Assembly: GCA_038087875.1 (NCBI GenBank)
Contig: CM075994.1
Coordinates: forward strand, 9,860,001 to 9,924,000
Reading direction: 5' to 3'
DNA from: Malacoraja senta
Taxonomy: Eukaryota
Length of the DNA: 64,000 nt
Part shown: positions 35,031-49,050 of the stretch, in pieces
Position numbering within the stretch: position 1 is the stretch's first letter
Layout of the letters: each line of letters starts with the position of its first letter
The notes under the pieces: model-generated
The model's database searches: none
The model's input: only the letters and a program-made list of their open reading frames with translations
Told to the model about the DNA's origin: nothing
Program-made: the position numbers and the translations under genes

Positions 35031-38000
35031 CCACCTCCGCCATTCACTGTGATCACGGCTGATCACCTCCAATCAGTACCCCATTCCTGCCTTCTCCCCA
35101 TATCCCCTGACCTCACTATCTTTAAGAGCCCTATCTAGCTCTCTCTTGAAAGTATCCAAAGAACCGGCCTCCACCACCCCCTGAGGCAGAGAATTCCACA
35201 GATTCGCAACTCTCTGTGTGAAAAAGTGTTTCCTCATCTCCACTCTAAATGGCTTACCCCTTATTCTTAAACTGTGTGGCCACTGGTTCTGGACTCCCCC
35301 AACATCGGGAACACGCGTGTCCAAACCCTTAATAATCGTATATGTTTCAATAAGATCTAAACTCCAGAGTGTACAAGCTCAGCCATTCCATTCTCTCGGC
35401 ATATGACAGTCCCGCCATCCCAGGGATTAACCTGGTGAACCTACGCTGCACTCCCTCAATAGCAAGAATGTCCTTCCTCAAATTAGGGGACCAAAACTGC
35501 ACACAAAAGTCCAGGTGCGGTCTCACTAGGGTCCTGTACAACTGCAGAAGGACCTCTTTGCTCCTATACTCGACTCCTCTTGTTATTCTTGCTTCAAAGT
35601 CGTCTTGTTGAGTCTCATTGTCTGTAACTGGTTTTCACCGAGCCCGCAGCAATAACGGCCTGTTTCCTTCATCATCCTTACTTTTCCCCGGGAGAAGGCA
35701 GGCACGGGTTATTGATTGGGGACGATCAGCCATGATCACAATGAAGAGTGGTGCTGGCTCGAAGGGCCGAATGGCCTCCTCCTGCACCTATTTTCTATGT
35801 TTCTACGAGGTCGTAGGTAGGTTGTAGGTAGGCCGTGACGCAAGTCGTAAGTCAAGTCAAGTCACATTTATTTATATAGCACATTTAAAAAACAACTTTC
35901 GTTGGCCAAAGTGCTTTACATTTGTTATAAGAATAGTATAAACAAACAAACTACATACATATTTACATATATGCCTCGCTCGTGGCATCGAGTAGGTGAC
36001 GCCGTTTTTTCTAGCCTGATGATAAATGTCCGCGAGTAAAAAAGGTCGTGAATTCGGTCGTGAAAGCGGGACATGCCCTAGTCGTTTAATCGAACCTCTC
36101 TGTGGAAATTGTCCCCCAGGATTTTTGGGAGTGGATGAGAAAGTGGGATCACATAGAACGAGTGAGAACGGAGAGGGAGGGGGGGGTGCGATCGCTGGTC
36201 TTGGCGGACTCGATGGGTCGAAGGGCCTGTGTCCGCGCTGTATCTCTCGACCAAACTAAAGGCTGGCTGATTAATAGGATTTATCTTCAAACGGGGAACG
36301 GGCAACGACTAAGAAAAAGTGTGAAGGCTCTGCCGGTGGGTGGGGTAGGGCTAGTACGGGGAAGGTGGGGCCGAAGGGCCTCTTTCTGAGCTGCGTCATT
36401 GCGATTTTCGTTCTGATTTATTAATCGACGGTGCGGTCGTACCGAGCAACACCAGAATTTATTGCCCAACCTTATTGGCCAGTAAAGTGAGGAAGAAATC
36501 TTCAACCCCCCCCCCAGTCATAAGATCATAAGAGATAGACAATAGGTGCAGGAGTAGACCATTCAGCCCTTCGAACCAGCACCGCCATTCAATGTGATCA
36601 TGGCTGATCATCCCCAATCAGTACCCCGTTCCTGCCTTCTCCCCATATCCCCTTACTCCGCAATCTTTAAGAGCCCTATCCAGCTCTCTCTTGAAAGTAT
36701 CCAGAGAACCGGCCTCCACCACCCTCTGAGTCAGAGAATTCCACAGACTCACAACTCTCTGTGTGAAAAAGTGTTTCCTCGTCTCCGTTCGAAATAGCTT
36801 ATTCCCTTATTCTTAAACTGTGGCCCCTGGTTCTGGACTCCCCCAACGTCGGGAACATGTTTCCTACCTCTTGCCTGTCCACGCCCTTAATAATCTTATG
36901 TGTTTCAATAAGATGCCCTCTCATCCTTCTAAACTCCAGAGTGTACAAGCCCAGCCGCTCCATTCTCTCAGCAAACGTCAGTCCTGCCATCCCGGGAATT
37001 AACCTGGTGAACCTATACCATTTTGCTACCCACAGGGCCCTAGTGGAATCAAGGAATATGGGGAGAAGGCAGGAACGGGGTACTGATTGGGGATGATCCG
37101 CCATGATCACATTGAATGGCAGTGCTGGCTTGAAGGGCCGAATGGCCTATTCCTGCACCTATTGTCTATTGTGACTATAAACTCAATTAAACCAGGCCAG
37201 AGCAACAAGTCAAACACAATCACATCAACCAGCCAACAGTTTACAATAGACAATAGTGGCAGGCAGCAGTGTTGGGAGAGAGCTCCAAGTACACAGCCCC
37301 CTGTATGAAGCATCGCAGGGAGATAGGGCGGGGGGGAAGGGGGAGGAGGGAAGTGACGGGGGGAGAGAGAGAGGGGGCAGAGAGGCTTTTTCTGTTTGCA
37401 TTTAAAAACCCACTTGAGAACCATGGGCGATTTTAAAATTTTACAGCCAGATTTATCACTTCTGAAACTTTTTTGATGCCAAAGGAATCTAGAAAAAACA
37501 CAAATAATGCCTTACTGGTGATGAAATGCAGTGAGCAAACGCGATAATTCCCAATATTTTCAATCTCGATAACTGCACGGCCAATGTTCGCCAAGCACTT
37601 TGCCTGTTGTCCCTTCAGCTCTCGCTTCCATCTACCGTCATTTCTCCTCACTTTCTGAATTCTGGTAGGATAAATGTCTCTCACGCTTATCCCGATTTCC
37701 ATAATTATTTACAGCGCAAAAATTGATCATTTCGGCGGGGTTTAACGGGCCCGCTACGCTGGAAACAATGTTCAGTGCTTACGTGCAGTTCATTGCGTGT
37801 ACTCCAGTTGGCGTAGCGTAGCAACAGCACGGGTCATGGGTCGTGACCCGACTGCCGTGCAACCTCCCTATACGTGTGTGTGTGTGTGTGTGTGAGTCTG
37901 TGTGTGTGTGTTTGTGTGAGTCTTTGTGTGTGAGTGTGATTGAGAGTGTGTGTGTGTGTGTATGTGTGTGTGAGAGTCTGTGTGAGTGTGTGTGAGTCTG

Positions 38001-38475
38001 TGTGAGTCTGTGTGTGTGTCTGTGTGCGAGTGTGTCTGAGGATCTGTGTGTGACTGAGAGTCAGTCTGTTTGTGCGACAGTCTGTGTGTTTGAGAGTCTG
38101 CGTGTGTGTGTGAGAGTCTCTCTGTGTGTGTGTGAGTGTCTGTGTGAGAGTCTGTGTGTGTGTGTGAGAGTCTGTGTGTGTGAGAGTCTGTGTGTGAGTG
38201 TCTGTGTGAGGTGGAGGGTGTGTGTGTGATCAACAAATAACAAATATTACAAATAATATAGTTGTTCGTAGTTCAGAGCTTATTTGTTGTTTAATACCCT
38301 TATGGCTATCATGAAGAAGCTGTTCCTCAATGTGGATGTTACAGTTTTCAGTTGACAAAAGTCGGACGTGATTCCAGAAGTCGGGCATAATCAGACAGTC
38401 CACAAGCCGTGATTCAGTCGTCAGTCCAGAGGCCATGAGTTAGTCAGTCAGTCCAGAGACCATGAGTTAGTCCCA

Positions 38476-41400
38476 AGAGTCATTCACATTTTAAACTTTA
38501 ATAAATCCTTTTTCCACATTTCATGCCTGCGTGTTCTTCATCACAATGGGAACCTAATGGCAGGAATGCATGCTCTGTGGGAGAGCCACTAAGAGTGCAT
38601 GGGGGGAGGTTGTGGGGAGATAGACTGAATGCGTGGGGGGGAGGGGAATGGCAAGGAGCAGAGTGGGGGGGGGGTGAAGGGAGCAGGGGTGACTGAGTGA
38701 TAGCCAGCCCACCAGCCGTGAGTGACTGCACTGCCAGCCCACGAGTCGCGAGTAAGTGAACTGCCAGCCCACCAGCTGCAAGTGACTGAACTGCCCGCCC
38801 ACCAGCCATGAGTGACTGAACTGCCAGCCCACCAGCCGTGAGTGACTGAACAGGAAATTAGAAATGCGTGCAACAAAGGCAAAACAGTTATAATGGGTGA
38901 CTTCAATCTACATATAGATTGAGTGAATCAAATTGGCAGGGGTGCTGAGGAAGAGGATTTCTTGGAATGTATGCGGGATAGTTATCTAAACCAACATGTA
39001 GAGGAACCAACGAGAGAGCAGGCTATTCTAGACTGGGTATTGAGTAATGAGGAAGGGTTAGTTAGCAGTCTTGTTGTGCGTGGCCCCTTGGGCAAGAGTG
39101 ACCATAATATGGTTGAGTTCTTCATTAGGATGGAGAGTGACATTGTTAATTCAGAAACAACGGTTCTGAACTTAAACAAAGGTAACTTTGAGGGTATGAG
39201 ACGTGAATTGGCCAAGATTGACTGGCGATTAGTTCTAAAAGGGTTGACGGTGGATATGCAATGGAAGGCATTTAAAGACTGCATGGATGAACTACAAAAA
39301 TTGTTCATCCCAGTTTGGCAAAAGAATAAATCAGGGAAGGTAGTGCATCCGTGGATAACAAGGGAAATCAGGGATAGTATCAAAGCAAAAGATGATGCGT
39401 ACAAATTAGCCAGAAAAAGCAGCATACCAGAGGACTGGAAGAAATTCAGAGACCAGCAGAGGAGGAAAAAGGGCTTAATTAGGAAAGGGAAAATAGATTA
39501 TGAAAGGAAACTGGCAGGGAACATAAAAACTGACTGCAAAAGTTTTTATAGATATGTGAAGAGAAAGAGATTAGTTAAAAACAAATGTAGGTCCCTTGCA
39601 GCCAGAAACAGGTGAATTGATCATGGGGAACAAGGATATGGCGGACCAATTGAATAACTACTTTGGTTCCGTCTTCACTAAGGAAGACATAAATAATCTG
39701 CCGGAAATAGCAGGGGGCCGCGGGTCAAAGGAGATGGAGGTACTGAGTGAAATCCAGGTTAGTCGGGAAGTGGTGTTGGGTAAATTGAATGGATTAAAGG
39801 CCGATAAATCACCAGGGCCAGATAGGCTGCATCCCAGAGTACTTAAGGAAGTAGCTCCAGAAATAGTGGATGCATTACTGATAATTTTTCAAAACTCTTT
39901 AGATTCTGGAGTAGTTCCTGAGGATTGGAGGGTAGCAAACGTAACCCCACTTTTTAAGAAGGGAGGGAGAGAGAAAACGGGGAATTACAGACCAGATAGT
40001 CTTACATCGGTAGTGGGGAAACTGCTAGAGTCAGTTATTAAAAATGGGATAGCAGCACATTTGGAAAGTGGTGAAATCATTGGACAAAGTCAGCATGGAT
40101 TTACGAAAGGTAAATCGTATCTGACGAATCTTATAGAATTTTTCGAGCATGTAACGAGTAGAGTGGATAGGGGCGAACCAGTGGATGTGTTGTATATGGA
40201 CTTTCAGAAGGCTTTCGACAAGGTACCACATAAGAGATTAGGATACAAACTTAAATCACACGGTATTGGGTGTTCAGTATTGATGTGGATAGAGAACTGG
40301 CTGGCAAACAGGAAGCAAAGAGTAGGAGTAAACGGGTCCTTTTCACAATGGCAGGCAGTGACTAGTGGGGTACCGCAAGGCTCAGTGCTGGGACCCCAGC
40401 TATTTACAATTTATATTAATGAACTGGATGAGGGAATTGAAAGCAACATCTCCAAGTTTGCGGATGACACTAAGCTGGGGGGGCAGTGTTAGCTGTGAGG
40501 AGGATGCTAGGAGACTGCAAGGTGACTTGGATAGGCTGGGTGAGTGGGCAAATGTTTGGCAGATGCAGTATAATGTGGATAACTGTGAGGTTATCCACTT
40601 TGGTGGCAAAAACGGGAAGGCAGACTATTATCTAAATGGTGGCCGATTAGGAAATGGGGAGATGCAGCGAGACCTGGGTGTCATGGTACACCAGTCATTG
40701 AAAGTAGGCATGCAGGTGCAGCAGGCAGTGAAGAAAGCGAATGGTATGTTGGCTTTCATAGCAAGAGGATTTGAGTATAGGAGCAGAGAGGTTCTACTGC
40801 AGTTGTACAGGGTCTTGGTGAGACCACACCTGGAGTATTGCGTACAGTTTTAGTCTCCAAATCTGAGGAAGGACATTATAGCCATAGAGGGAGTGCAGAG
40901 AAGGTTCACCAGACTGATTCCTGGGATGTCAGGACTTTCATATGAAGAAAGACTGGATAGACTTGGCTTATACTCGCTAGAATTTAGGAGATTGAGAGGG
41001 GATCTTATAGAAACGTACAAAATTCTTATGGGGTTGGACAGGCTAGATGCAGGAAGATTGTTCCCGATGTTGGGGAAGTCCAGGACAAGGGGTCACAGCT
41101 TAAGGATGAGGGGGAAATCCTTTAAGACCGAGATGAGGAAAAACTTTTTCACACAGAGAGTGGTGAATCTCTGGAACTCTCTGCCACAGAGGGTAGTTGA
41201 GGCCAGTTCATTGGCTATATTTAAGAGGGAGTTAGATGTGGCCCTTGTGGCTAAGGGGATCAGGGGGTATGGAGAGAAGGCAGGTACGGGATACTGAGTT
41301 GGATGATCAGCCATGATCATATTGAATGGCGGTGCAGGCTTGAAGGGCCGAATGGCCTACTCCTGCACCTATTTTCTATGTATCTATGTAACAGAAAGCC

Positions 41401-41512
41401 ACTGCCATCCCACTGGCCAGCAATATTGGAATTGGTGGAGAGGTGGATTATTGCGTTGGAAGACCAGCCCTCCCGTGTGATGCTGGGACCCAACGGGTCC
41501 CACTTAGTCTAG
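38476..41512 (+). mobile_element. Helitron 3' end upstream of TRIM copy B, interrupted by a CR1
   Basis: Minisatellite at 38690-38850, perfect hairpin GGGACCC-aac-GGGTCCC at 41485-41501, CTAG|T at 41509-41513. Confidence 0.8.
38851..41389 (+). mobile_element. CR1 LINE, 5'-truncated (endonuclease C-terminus, RT, 3' UTR); copy B only
   Basis: ORFs 38923..39615, 39596..40492 ([26 protein letters not shown]), 40365..40853 and 40893..41297, broken by frameshifts and stops. Confidence 0.95.
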
Positions 41513-41723
41513 TTAGGGATCTTTTTTTACATTTACCAAGCCAATATTTTACATTTACCAAGCCTTGGAGTGTGGGAGGAAACCGAAGATTTCCGAGAAT
41601 ACCCACGATATCACGGGGAGAACATGCAAACTCCGTACAGACAGCACCCGTAGTCAGGATCGAACCCGAGTCTCGGGCAGCAATTCGCTGTAAGGCAGCA
41701 ACTCTACCGCTGCGCCACCGTGA

Positions 41724-41798
41724 CGGTCACGTGACCGCCCATATTCAGCAGATCCACGTCAGTGAAAACACTTTGAACCAGGAAGTGGCGGATTTACA
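41724..41798 (+). promoter_or_regulatory. Candidate TRIM copy B proximal promoter: E-box palindrome and ETS-type site
   Basis: CGGTCACGTGACCG at 41724-41737 and CAGGAAGTG just upstream of ATG 41799. Confidence 0.45.
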
Positions 41799-44700
41799 AT
41801 GGCTGCGAAACAGCAGGTCGAGAGTTGGACCGAGGAGGTAGTTTGTCCCATCTGCCTGGATTTCTTCACCGATCCGATTATACTGGAGTGTGGGCACAAC
41901 TTCTGCCGCTCCTGCATCACACAGAGTTGGGACAGGGAGGCGAGAAACTCCTGCCCGGAATGTAGAGAGGAGTTTGTAGACCGCACCCTCAGGGTGAACC
42001 GGGCCTTGGTTAGACTGGCTGAGAAAGCGCGAACACTGACCCTGAATCTCAAAGAAAAGGAAAGTAAATTTCACTGTGAGAAACATCAGGAAGAACTGAA
42101 GCTGTTTTGTGAAACGGACAAGAATCTGATCTGTTTGATTTGTGCAGCTGGGCGGGAACACAAGTCTCACAGCTTCATGCCGGTAGATGAAGCAATTGAA
42201 ATCTACAAGGTAAAAGCAAATCAATTTTGATAATTTCATTGTTTAATCTTTTCTTTATTTTCTGACATTTTTATTCTCTGATCTGAAACCCAACCCCAGG
42301 AACAGGTGAAATCTTCTTTCGAATCGCTCACAGAAAAGAAATCAGAGATCGAGCAAATGGAGCAGAAACAGAAAGAGAGCATTTCTGGAGTTCAGGTGAG
42401 GCTTTACACTATCGATTTAATTATATTGTGTAGCTTTTATCCCTTTTACGCGTGTAATAAGTGGGCACCTCTATAGAGCGCAATCGTCGAGGACACGAGA
42501 TTTTGGTAGCGGCTGGGCAGCCAAGGACTTTACTCCCTGGAGCGCAGCTGTCTGAAGAATGATCTATTTATTGCAAGTGCATAATATCACGAAATGTTAG
42601 GGTGAATACTCAGTCTTTTACCCTGAGTGGGGCGTCGAGCATGCGAGGGCATAAGTTTAAGGTGAGAGGGTACAGATTTAATACGAACATTAAGGGCAAC
42701 TTTGTTAGTGGGTATATGGAATGAGCTACCAGGGGGAGGTAGTTGATTCAGTTACCATAACAATATTTAAATGATATTTGAACAAATTCGTGGAGAGAAC
42801 ATTTTAGCACCAGGTGGGTCAAATGCGGACAGGTGGAAATAGCGCAGATGGGGCGTCTTGGTCGGTATCTAACACCCCTTGCTGTATGACTCTATGAAGT
42901 CTGTCATTCTGAGTGGTGCTGCTGTCTGCTAGTTCTGGTGACCTGGTTCTGTCCAGTGAGAATTAACGGACACATGAAATGGAATAGGTTGCAGGGAATT
43001 GTACTGGGGAAATGGGAATGATGTGCTTGTACATTACTTTCACCAAACATTTCAGAATTATTAACACGATCTCTTGAATTGCCAAGGTAATGAAAGCTAT
43101 GGATTAAATACAGGTAAATGGAATTAGTGCAGAAACGTACAGAGCCCAGCATGGGCATGTTGATCCGAGGGGCCTATTTCTGCACTTCAGGACTCGAGAT
43201 TCAGTAGCCAAATGTTATCATCCATGTCATGAGAAAACACAGCAGAGTGACATAATATATTGATTCTTATCTTTCATCTGACAGGAAGCGTCACGCAACC
43301 TTCAGTCACAGACCATATCCCAGTTTGCTGAACTGCACCAGATTCTCACTGAAAAAGAGCAGCGCGCACTCGGAGATATCCGGGAAGATGAGGCGAAGAT
43401 TGTAAAAACAATGGAGAACAATCTTCAAGAGATACAAAAGAATTTAAATTCCATTCAGGTGGAACTCTCAAAGTTACAGGAACAGATAGACCACAAGGAT
43501 GGCGTGATATTTCTGAGGTGAGGGGTTACACTACAGTTTGGTGAAACGAAAGTGCAGTCACAAAATGGCGGGTTAAATTTCTGAATAAATTCTGCATTTA
43601 CCAGTAATTCAGTACTGGATCAATGACCCGTCTGTTCCATCTACCCACCACATCCGACAATAATGGCCCAAATTCCAGGAATCCTCATGCATTTATCCCA
43701 CTTCAACTTAAATTTATCTGCAATATTGTCTTCAGGCCACCCTGTGAGTTCCACGTTCTGTTTACTGCATTTCTTGGGAAAGTTATTAATGGCCATCTTA
43801 TATTTCAGCTTTGATTTTTGGTCTCCCCACAAGTAGTGATAATATTTCCAACCCCCACCCATTTAAATCCACCGCTGATCTTAAAATATTCCATCCCATT
43901 ATCTCTGACATCTTCTCAGATAAAATCCCACGACCTGCCCGGTCTTACTCGTAACTTGCATACTCACAGTTATTTTCATCGACATTCCTAATGCTTTCCC
44001 TCGTGTTCGATGTCTCTAGGACAATATCCACTTACTGTCTGTGTGACAGCGGCAACGACTTGGGAAATGGGAATTTTCAGAAGGTTTTTTGTAGCAATTT
44101 GGTGAAATACCCGCTGTCGGGATCATGACGATCCATCTCAGTCTATTGAGATTTGTGTTTTATTTATTTCAGGAGGAAGCTGGTCGCAAGAGGAGGTAGG
44201 ATATGCTTTTGACTGAAACAATGTATGTTTTTATAGTACAGCTCAGAAAAACAGCTAATGCTTAGTTTCTAACCAGCTGTTAAATATTTGCAGCGTTATT
44301 GATGAATCCAAATCAATGTTGGTTGTAGATGGCGCGGTGCCCATTGAAAAGTATGATCGTACTTTTTTCTACAACATGGCATTGAGAGAAACATCTGATA
44401 TCATCAACCGAGGTAAAACTGATACCTTTCCCATTGTTCTTTTTTAAGACATCTTTATGCAATACTTATATGTGAAGATTAATGGTATTAATGGACCCTG
44501 GGGGGAGCATCACAGAAACAGAGAGCGAAGTTTGTTTGCACTTGAACAAATCCTGGTTCCTGGGAGAATGGGTTTGCTGTGCTGGGTGAAATTGCGTAGA
44601 CTAGGCCTGTGTAGTCGAGAGTTCAGGTATATTAAAGGAGATCTCAGTGAAACACAAAGTCCTTACAGGGCTCAGTGGGCTGGATGCAGGGAGGATGTTT

Positions 44701-46534
44701 CCCCTGTCTGTGGGGTCTGGAGTCAGCGGACACACTCTCAGAATGTGGGCTGGACCATTCAGGACAGAGACAAGGAGGCATGACGGCACGCAGAGACTGG
44801 GCAACCTTTGGAATTCCCTGCAACCGTGGCTGGGGATAATCAGTCATTCAGTGCTCTTGGAGCCAGAGAGCCATGGTTGTACATTACAGAGTCAGGCCCT
44901 TCAGCCCATCGCGTTCATGTTCACCTTTTTCCCAGCCACACAAATCCCATTTGCCCACATTAGAACCGTATTATTCTACACCTCATTTGCTAAATCGCAA
45001 TGCCTCTTACATGTAGTGATTACATCTGATTCCACCACCTCCTTTGGCAAAATATTCCAGGTATTAACAACTCTTTGTGTGAAGAAAACTGCGTCCTCCA
45101 GTATTGATATCCCTGCATGACAATAAGGTTTTGATGATCCAGCCTCTATGCAGCTGCGGACTTTGACTGACTACCTTGGTATCCACAACATTACCCGTTC
45201 TGCACAAACTTAGTAGTCACACCTCCTACATTCACATCCAAGCCATGAAAACATAAAATAAACAGCAAAGGTTGCAGCACCGATCCCTGCTGCACACCAC
45301 CAGTCACAGACCTCCAGGCAGCAAAATCATCCTTCTAGCGCTACCTTCTACCTCCAACCACCAAGCCAATTGTCGGTCCATTTTACCAACCCGTCTTGGA
45401 ACCCACCTGCCTTCGCTTTCTGGATCAGCCTTACATGCAAAACATTGTCAGGTCACTCAGTGAAGTTCATATATTGCTTCACAATGAGATTAGAATGTTC
45501 TTGGTGGTACAGACGCATCAAACCCACCCTCCACTAAAGAAAGTAAGGAAACAGTAGTAGATTGCCTCGCCCGTCCAGTCCACTCCCGTTCAGTATGGTC
45601 ACGGCAACTCCATCCCACATCTCTACATCCTCTTTAACCACCTCTAGTTACCACTTATATCCGTCTCCTCATCTTCCAATCTGCCTCTCCCTCGCCATCT
45701 ACTGGCAAGATATTTGAATACCCGGCTTATTTCTCCATCCCCACCCGCAATCTTTCGTTCATCCTCACTTTCCGCATTCGTTTTCCCCGTCCGCACGCCT
45801 CGCCCCCTCCCGTTCCCGATAACCCGCGGAATTCCACCTCTCCTGCCCGGTTTACAAACTCTCGGAAAGATGCCTGTTGTCCATCCGATGTTGTTGTGGG
45901 TGAAACCCCGGGCAAGGTGGTCTGTTGTCCGCCCGCCTGTGGCCGAGTCTCCCCCACACCGACCCCCGGGGACTGACTCTCTGATTCTCTGCTTCTCCCC
46001 CCAGTCTCCGTCACCCTGGATGTGGAAACAGCGCATGCGCGGCTCGAGGTGTCTGAGGATCGGAAGAGGGTGAGACGGACCGGGACCGAGAGGAGTCTCC
46101 CTGACACCGGGAAGACGTTTACAGTGTATGGGTGTGTGCTGGGATCGGAGGGATTCACATCGGGGAGACATTACTGGGAGGTGGAGGTGGCGGGGAGTCT
46201 GTACTGGAGTCTGGGAGTCGCCGCAGAGTCTGTGGATAGGAATGGAGAGGACGACCTGACCCCGGAGACTGGAGTCTGGAGCATCGAGTGGGAGGATGAC
46301 GTGTTTGTTGCATTCACCTCCCCTCCATCCCTTCTCCCCGCCCGTCCCATCCCCGGGAGGGTGGGAGTTTATCTCAGTTACGAGTCCGGGACAGTTTCAT
46401 TTTACGACGCGGACACCAAGTCCCATCTCCACACCTTCACTGGGAATAAATTCACGGATAAACTTTATCCTTTCTTCGGGCCTTGGGATAAAGACTGGCT
46501 GAGAATCTGCTCCGGTTCCGCTCCGGGTGTGTAA
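41799..46534 (+). pseudogene. TRIM RING/B-box/CC/B30.2 paralogue, copy B; 1-nt deletion at the end of exon 3 (pseudogene, truncated product, or assembly indel)
   Basis: Exons 41799-42209, 42300-42395, 43285-43517 (233 nt versus 234 in copy A: CTGAG|GTGAG versus CTGAAG|GTGAG), 44173-44195, 44294-44412, 46005-46534. Each exon is individually open, but splicing at the homologous donor shifts frame to a TAG at 44326-44328. Confidence 0.8.
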
Positions 46535-47477
46535 AAGGGTCGGGTCCCGGGACCGGCGTCAGGAGCGGGGTTCAGGGGCTGTGGGGCAGAAACCCGGTGG
46601 ACAACAGGTCGGCGCTGAACGAACGGATACCATTTAATCCCCAAATTCCGCGTCGTGAAACCACAGTGAGCGGGGAAATAAAACCAGGGGGAATGTAAAT
46701 GTGGGAAGAGTGAAATAAACAGCAACTGAAATCAGAGCTGTCTGTCGATCCGTTCATTTTAAAGCGTTAACCGCGACCGGCAACGGAACAGAAATTACTT
46801 TTGTGAAAATATAAAGATTGAGACAATCGCCCTTCCCGCGGGTTCAGCAGGAGCCGCGGGCGTCGGGTCCTGAGCCCCGGGTCCTAAAGTCCGCCGACTC
46901 TGCAAATTCATATCGTGTTTGCAGCATTTGCTCTCCACAAACAGATTTGTTTTCCTCCGAACGGATCTTTGGAAGAATGGGTTCAAACCGGATTACCGGT
47001 TCCAGGTGGGAGCCCGTTGTCCTCAGGCTCTGCCTGTCTCTCTGTAGGATACTGTTGTGTATTTGGTACTTGGAACTGACTTTAAATAACACTCAGACAC
47101 GGGAGTAGAACTAACAAGCTTCTTAATTCCAGGACGCCATCTTGAATCTCTCCTGCACATGCGTACCATTGCGCAAGACATCAAGTATATTAATTACATT
47201 ACATACCTAACACTCCTCCCCCTTTAACTTGGAGGCAGGTAACACCATTTCTATTACATACACAGCACTCCTCCCCTTTTAACTCAATTTCACCTGCATG
47301 GTATATGCGCTTTACCTAACATATAATTGATTAATATCGGTTGCAAAATTGTATTATTACAGTCATCTTACAATACATCCTCATATCTGTAATAATCATA
47401 TCTAAACTTAGCACTTATACTTTTTTCATTCCACTCATCTTCCTTAAACAAAATACATTATCCCTTGCTTTATGTGT

Positions 47478-47955
47478 TATCCTTTTCCGTTCCCTTATGT
47501 GTAAATTGCGCATTCTTTCGAATTGCTCTATCTCTGCCTGTATCTCTGCCTCTTCCCATTTTTAAATGTCCTAATCTAATTTTGCAGATTTTTTCCTGTT
47601 CCTGTTCATTATTTGTAGGTGGCAGCTGACACATGGCTGCAGGTTTTCGTTTTGCTAGCAGCTTCCGTTGTCACTCAATTTCCTCGCGCTGCGTATATAT
47701 CTGCTCTTGCTGTTTAATGAGATTCCGCAATGCATAACCATTTGTCAATTGCTCAGTGAAGGAGGCTCCATACTGGACTGTAGTGAAGTGTCCTAGTCGC
47801 AATCGGTGCTGCATACTTTTGTCTCGACCGACAAGCCTCTCTTCTTTAGACATTTCTATTAGCAGCTTTTTACTCATTATCACACATTTATTTAACCGTT
47901 CTTTGTATCGTTTAAGTCTTTTCTATTGTTCATCTATTTGTCTTAAGTCACATTT
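47478..47955 (-). pseudogene. TLK2: Captured TLK2-like coiled-coil fragment, copy B
   Basis: [48 protein letters not shown] (ORF 47671..47883) with premature stops. Confidence 0.85.
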
Positions 47956-47959
47956 CTGG

Positions 47960-49050
47960 TACTTCTTCAAGAAGTAGGATCTATATTGTCTTTGCATTAC
48001 AACAGTGACTTTGATTTGTGCTCTATATAGTTTTCTTGCTTCATAAGCAAGGTAGTGAGACTGCACAAAAATTGCTGTATAATTCAGTTTGAGGAAGTCT
48101 TTCCTATATCTTTTAACCCTTTTGTATCCTTTAAGCCTTTTCTGTTGTGCATCTATTTGTCTTCTTAAGTCATTCCTATACCAACTAATACGGAATACTG
48201 ACTGCACTTTTATAGTAGCCCTCTTTTGCTTAGCCCACTGCCTAACCACCATACCCTTGTAGGCAGCCTGAATGGTAATGGTTGCATAACCCATTGACTG
48301 ATATTGCACTAACTGGGAATGCCCTATTTTGCATGCTTTGTACCATCTTTGGATCAAAATGACTGCTTGTCACATAGCTCTGTAGCGTACCCTTGATCGG
48401 TAACCACAGTACGCAGCTTGCAGAGTGACTACAGCCGCCGTTTGCATCAAGAATGATTTCTTGTAATGCACATCTTTATGAATGAATTAATATGGCATGC
48501 TACCTTGATTTTCTCAACCAATTCTCTGTCTTTAATCCCGCGGTAGAAGGCCTGAATACAAACTACTGCTTTTCTCACTATTATAATGTCGCACTTGGAC
48601 ATCTCTTATCTGGCAAGCTCTGTATCGTTGCTGTACAGCAATGGCAGACCTGCGTAGTTTCTTGAAATACTGACGCTGTTTATGCATCTGATAATAAGTC
48701 TGTATGACCTTGGCAGATTTGTGCATGCACCGCAATTGCTTTCGAACACCCATTCCTCGGTAGGCAGCCTGAAGCAGCACAACACTGCTGCGTACCCTCA
48801 TGTAAGTCTTGCGATCACTTTCCATTTGACATTTGACATGGAATTTCCACTTCCATGTGCCCTATAATGGGTTTGTACTATTATAGCTGCCAATCTCATT
48901 GCCCTGTATGGACGGTATACTCTGTGTATTCTAAATGCTGCTTGTATTACCGTTGATGCCTTCTGTTTGTTCCGGATCTCTCGCCGTACCTTCATACACC
49001 TGAATGCAGCTGAATAGTTAGGGTTGCCCTCTGGATGGCAATGTTCCTTT
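47960..49050 (-). pseudogene. ASPM: Captured ASPM-like IQ-repeat fragment, copy B
   Basis: ORFs 48798..48995, 48532..48825 and 47923..48357 carry the same IQ motifs as copy A. Confidence 0.8.

Noticed and set aside
35800..36335. Segment present only in copy B
   Set aside because: Appears to be a patchwork of a MITE-like end, a LINE tail and SINE/CR1 scraps, probably deleted from copy A; no distinct signal.
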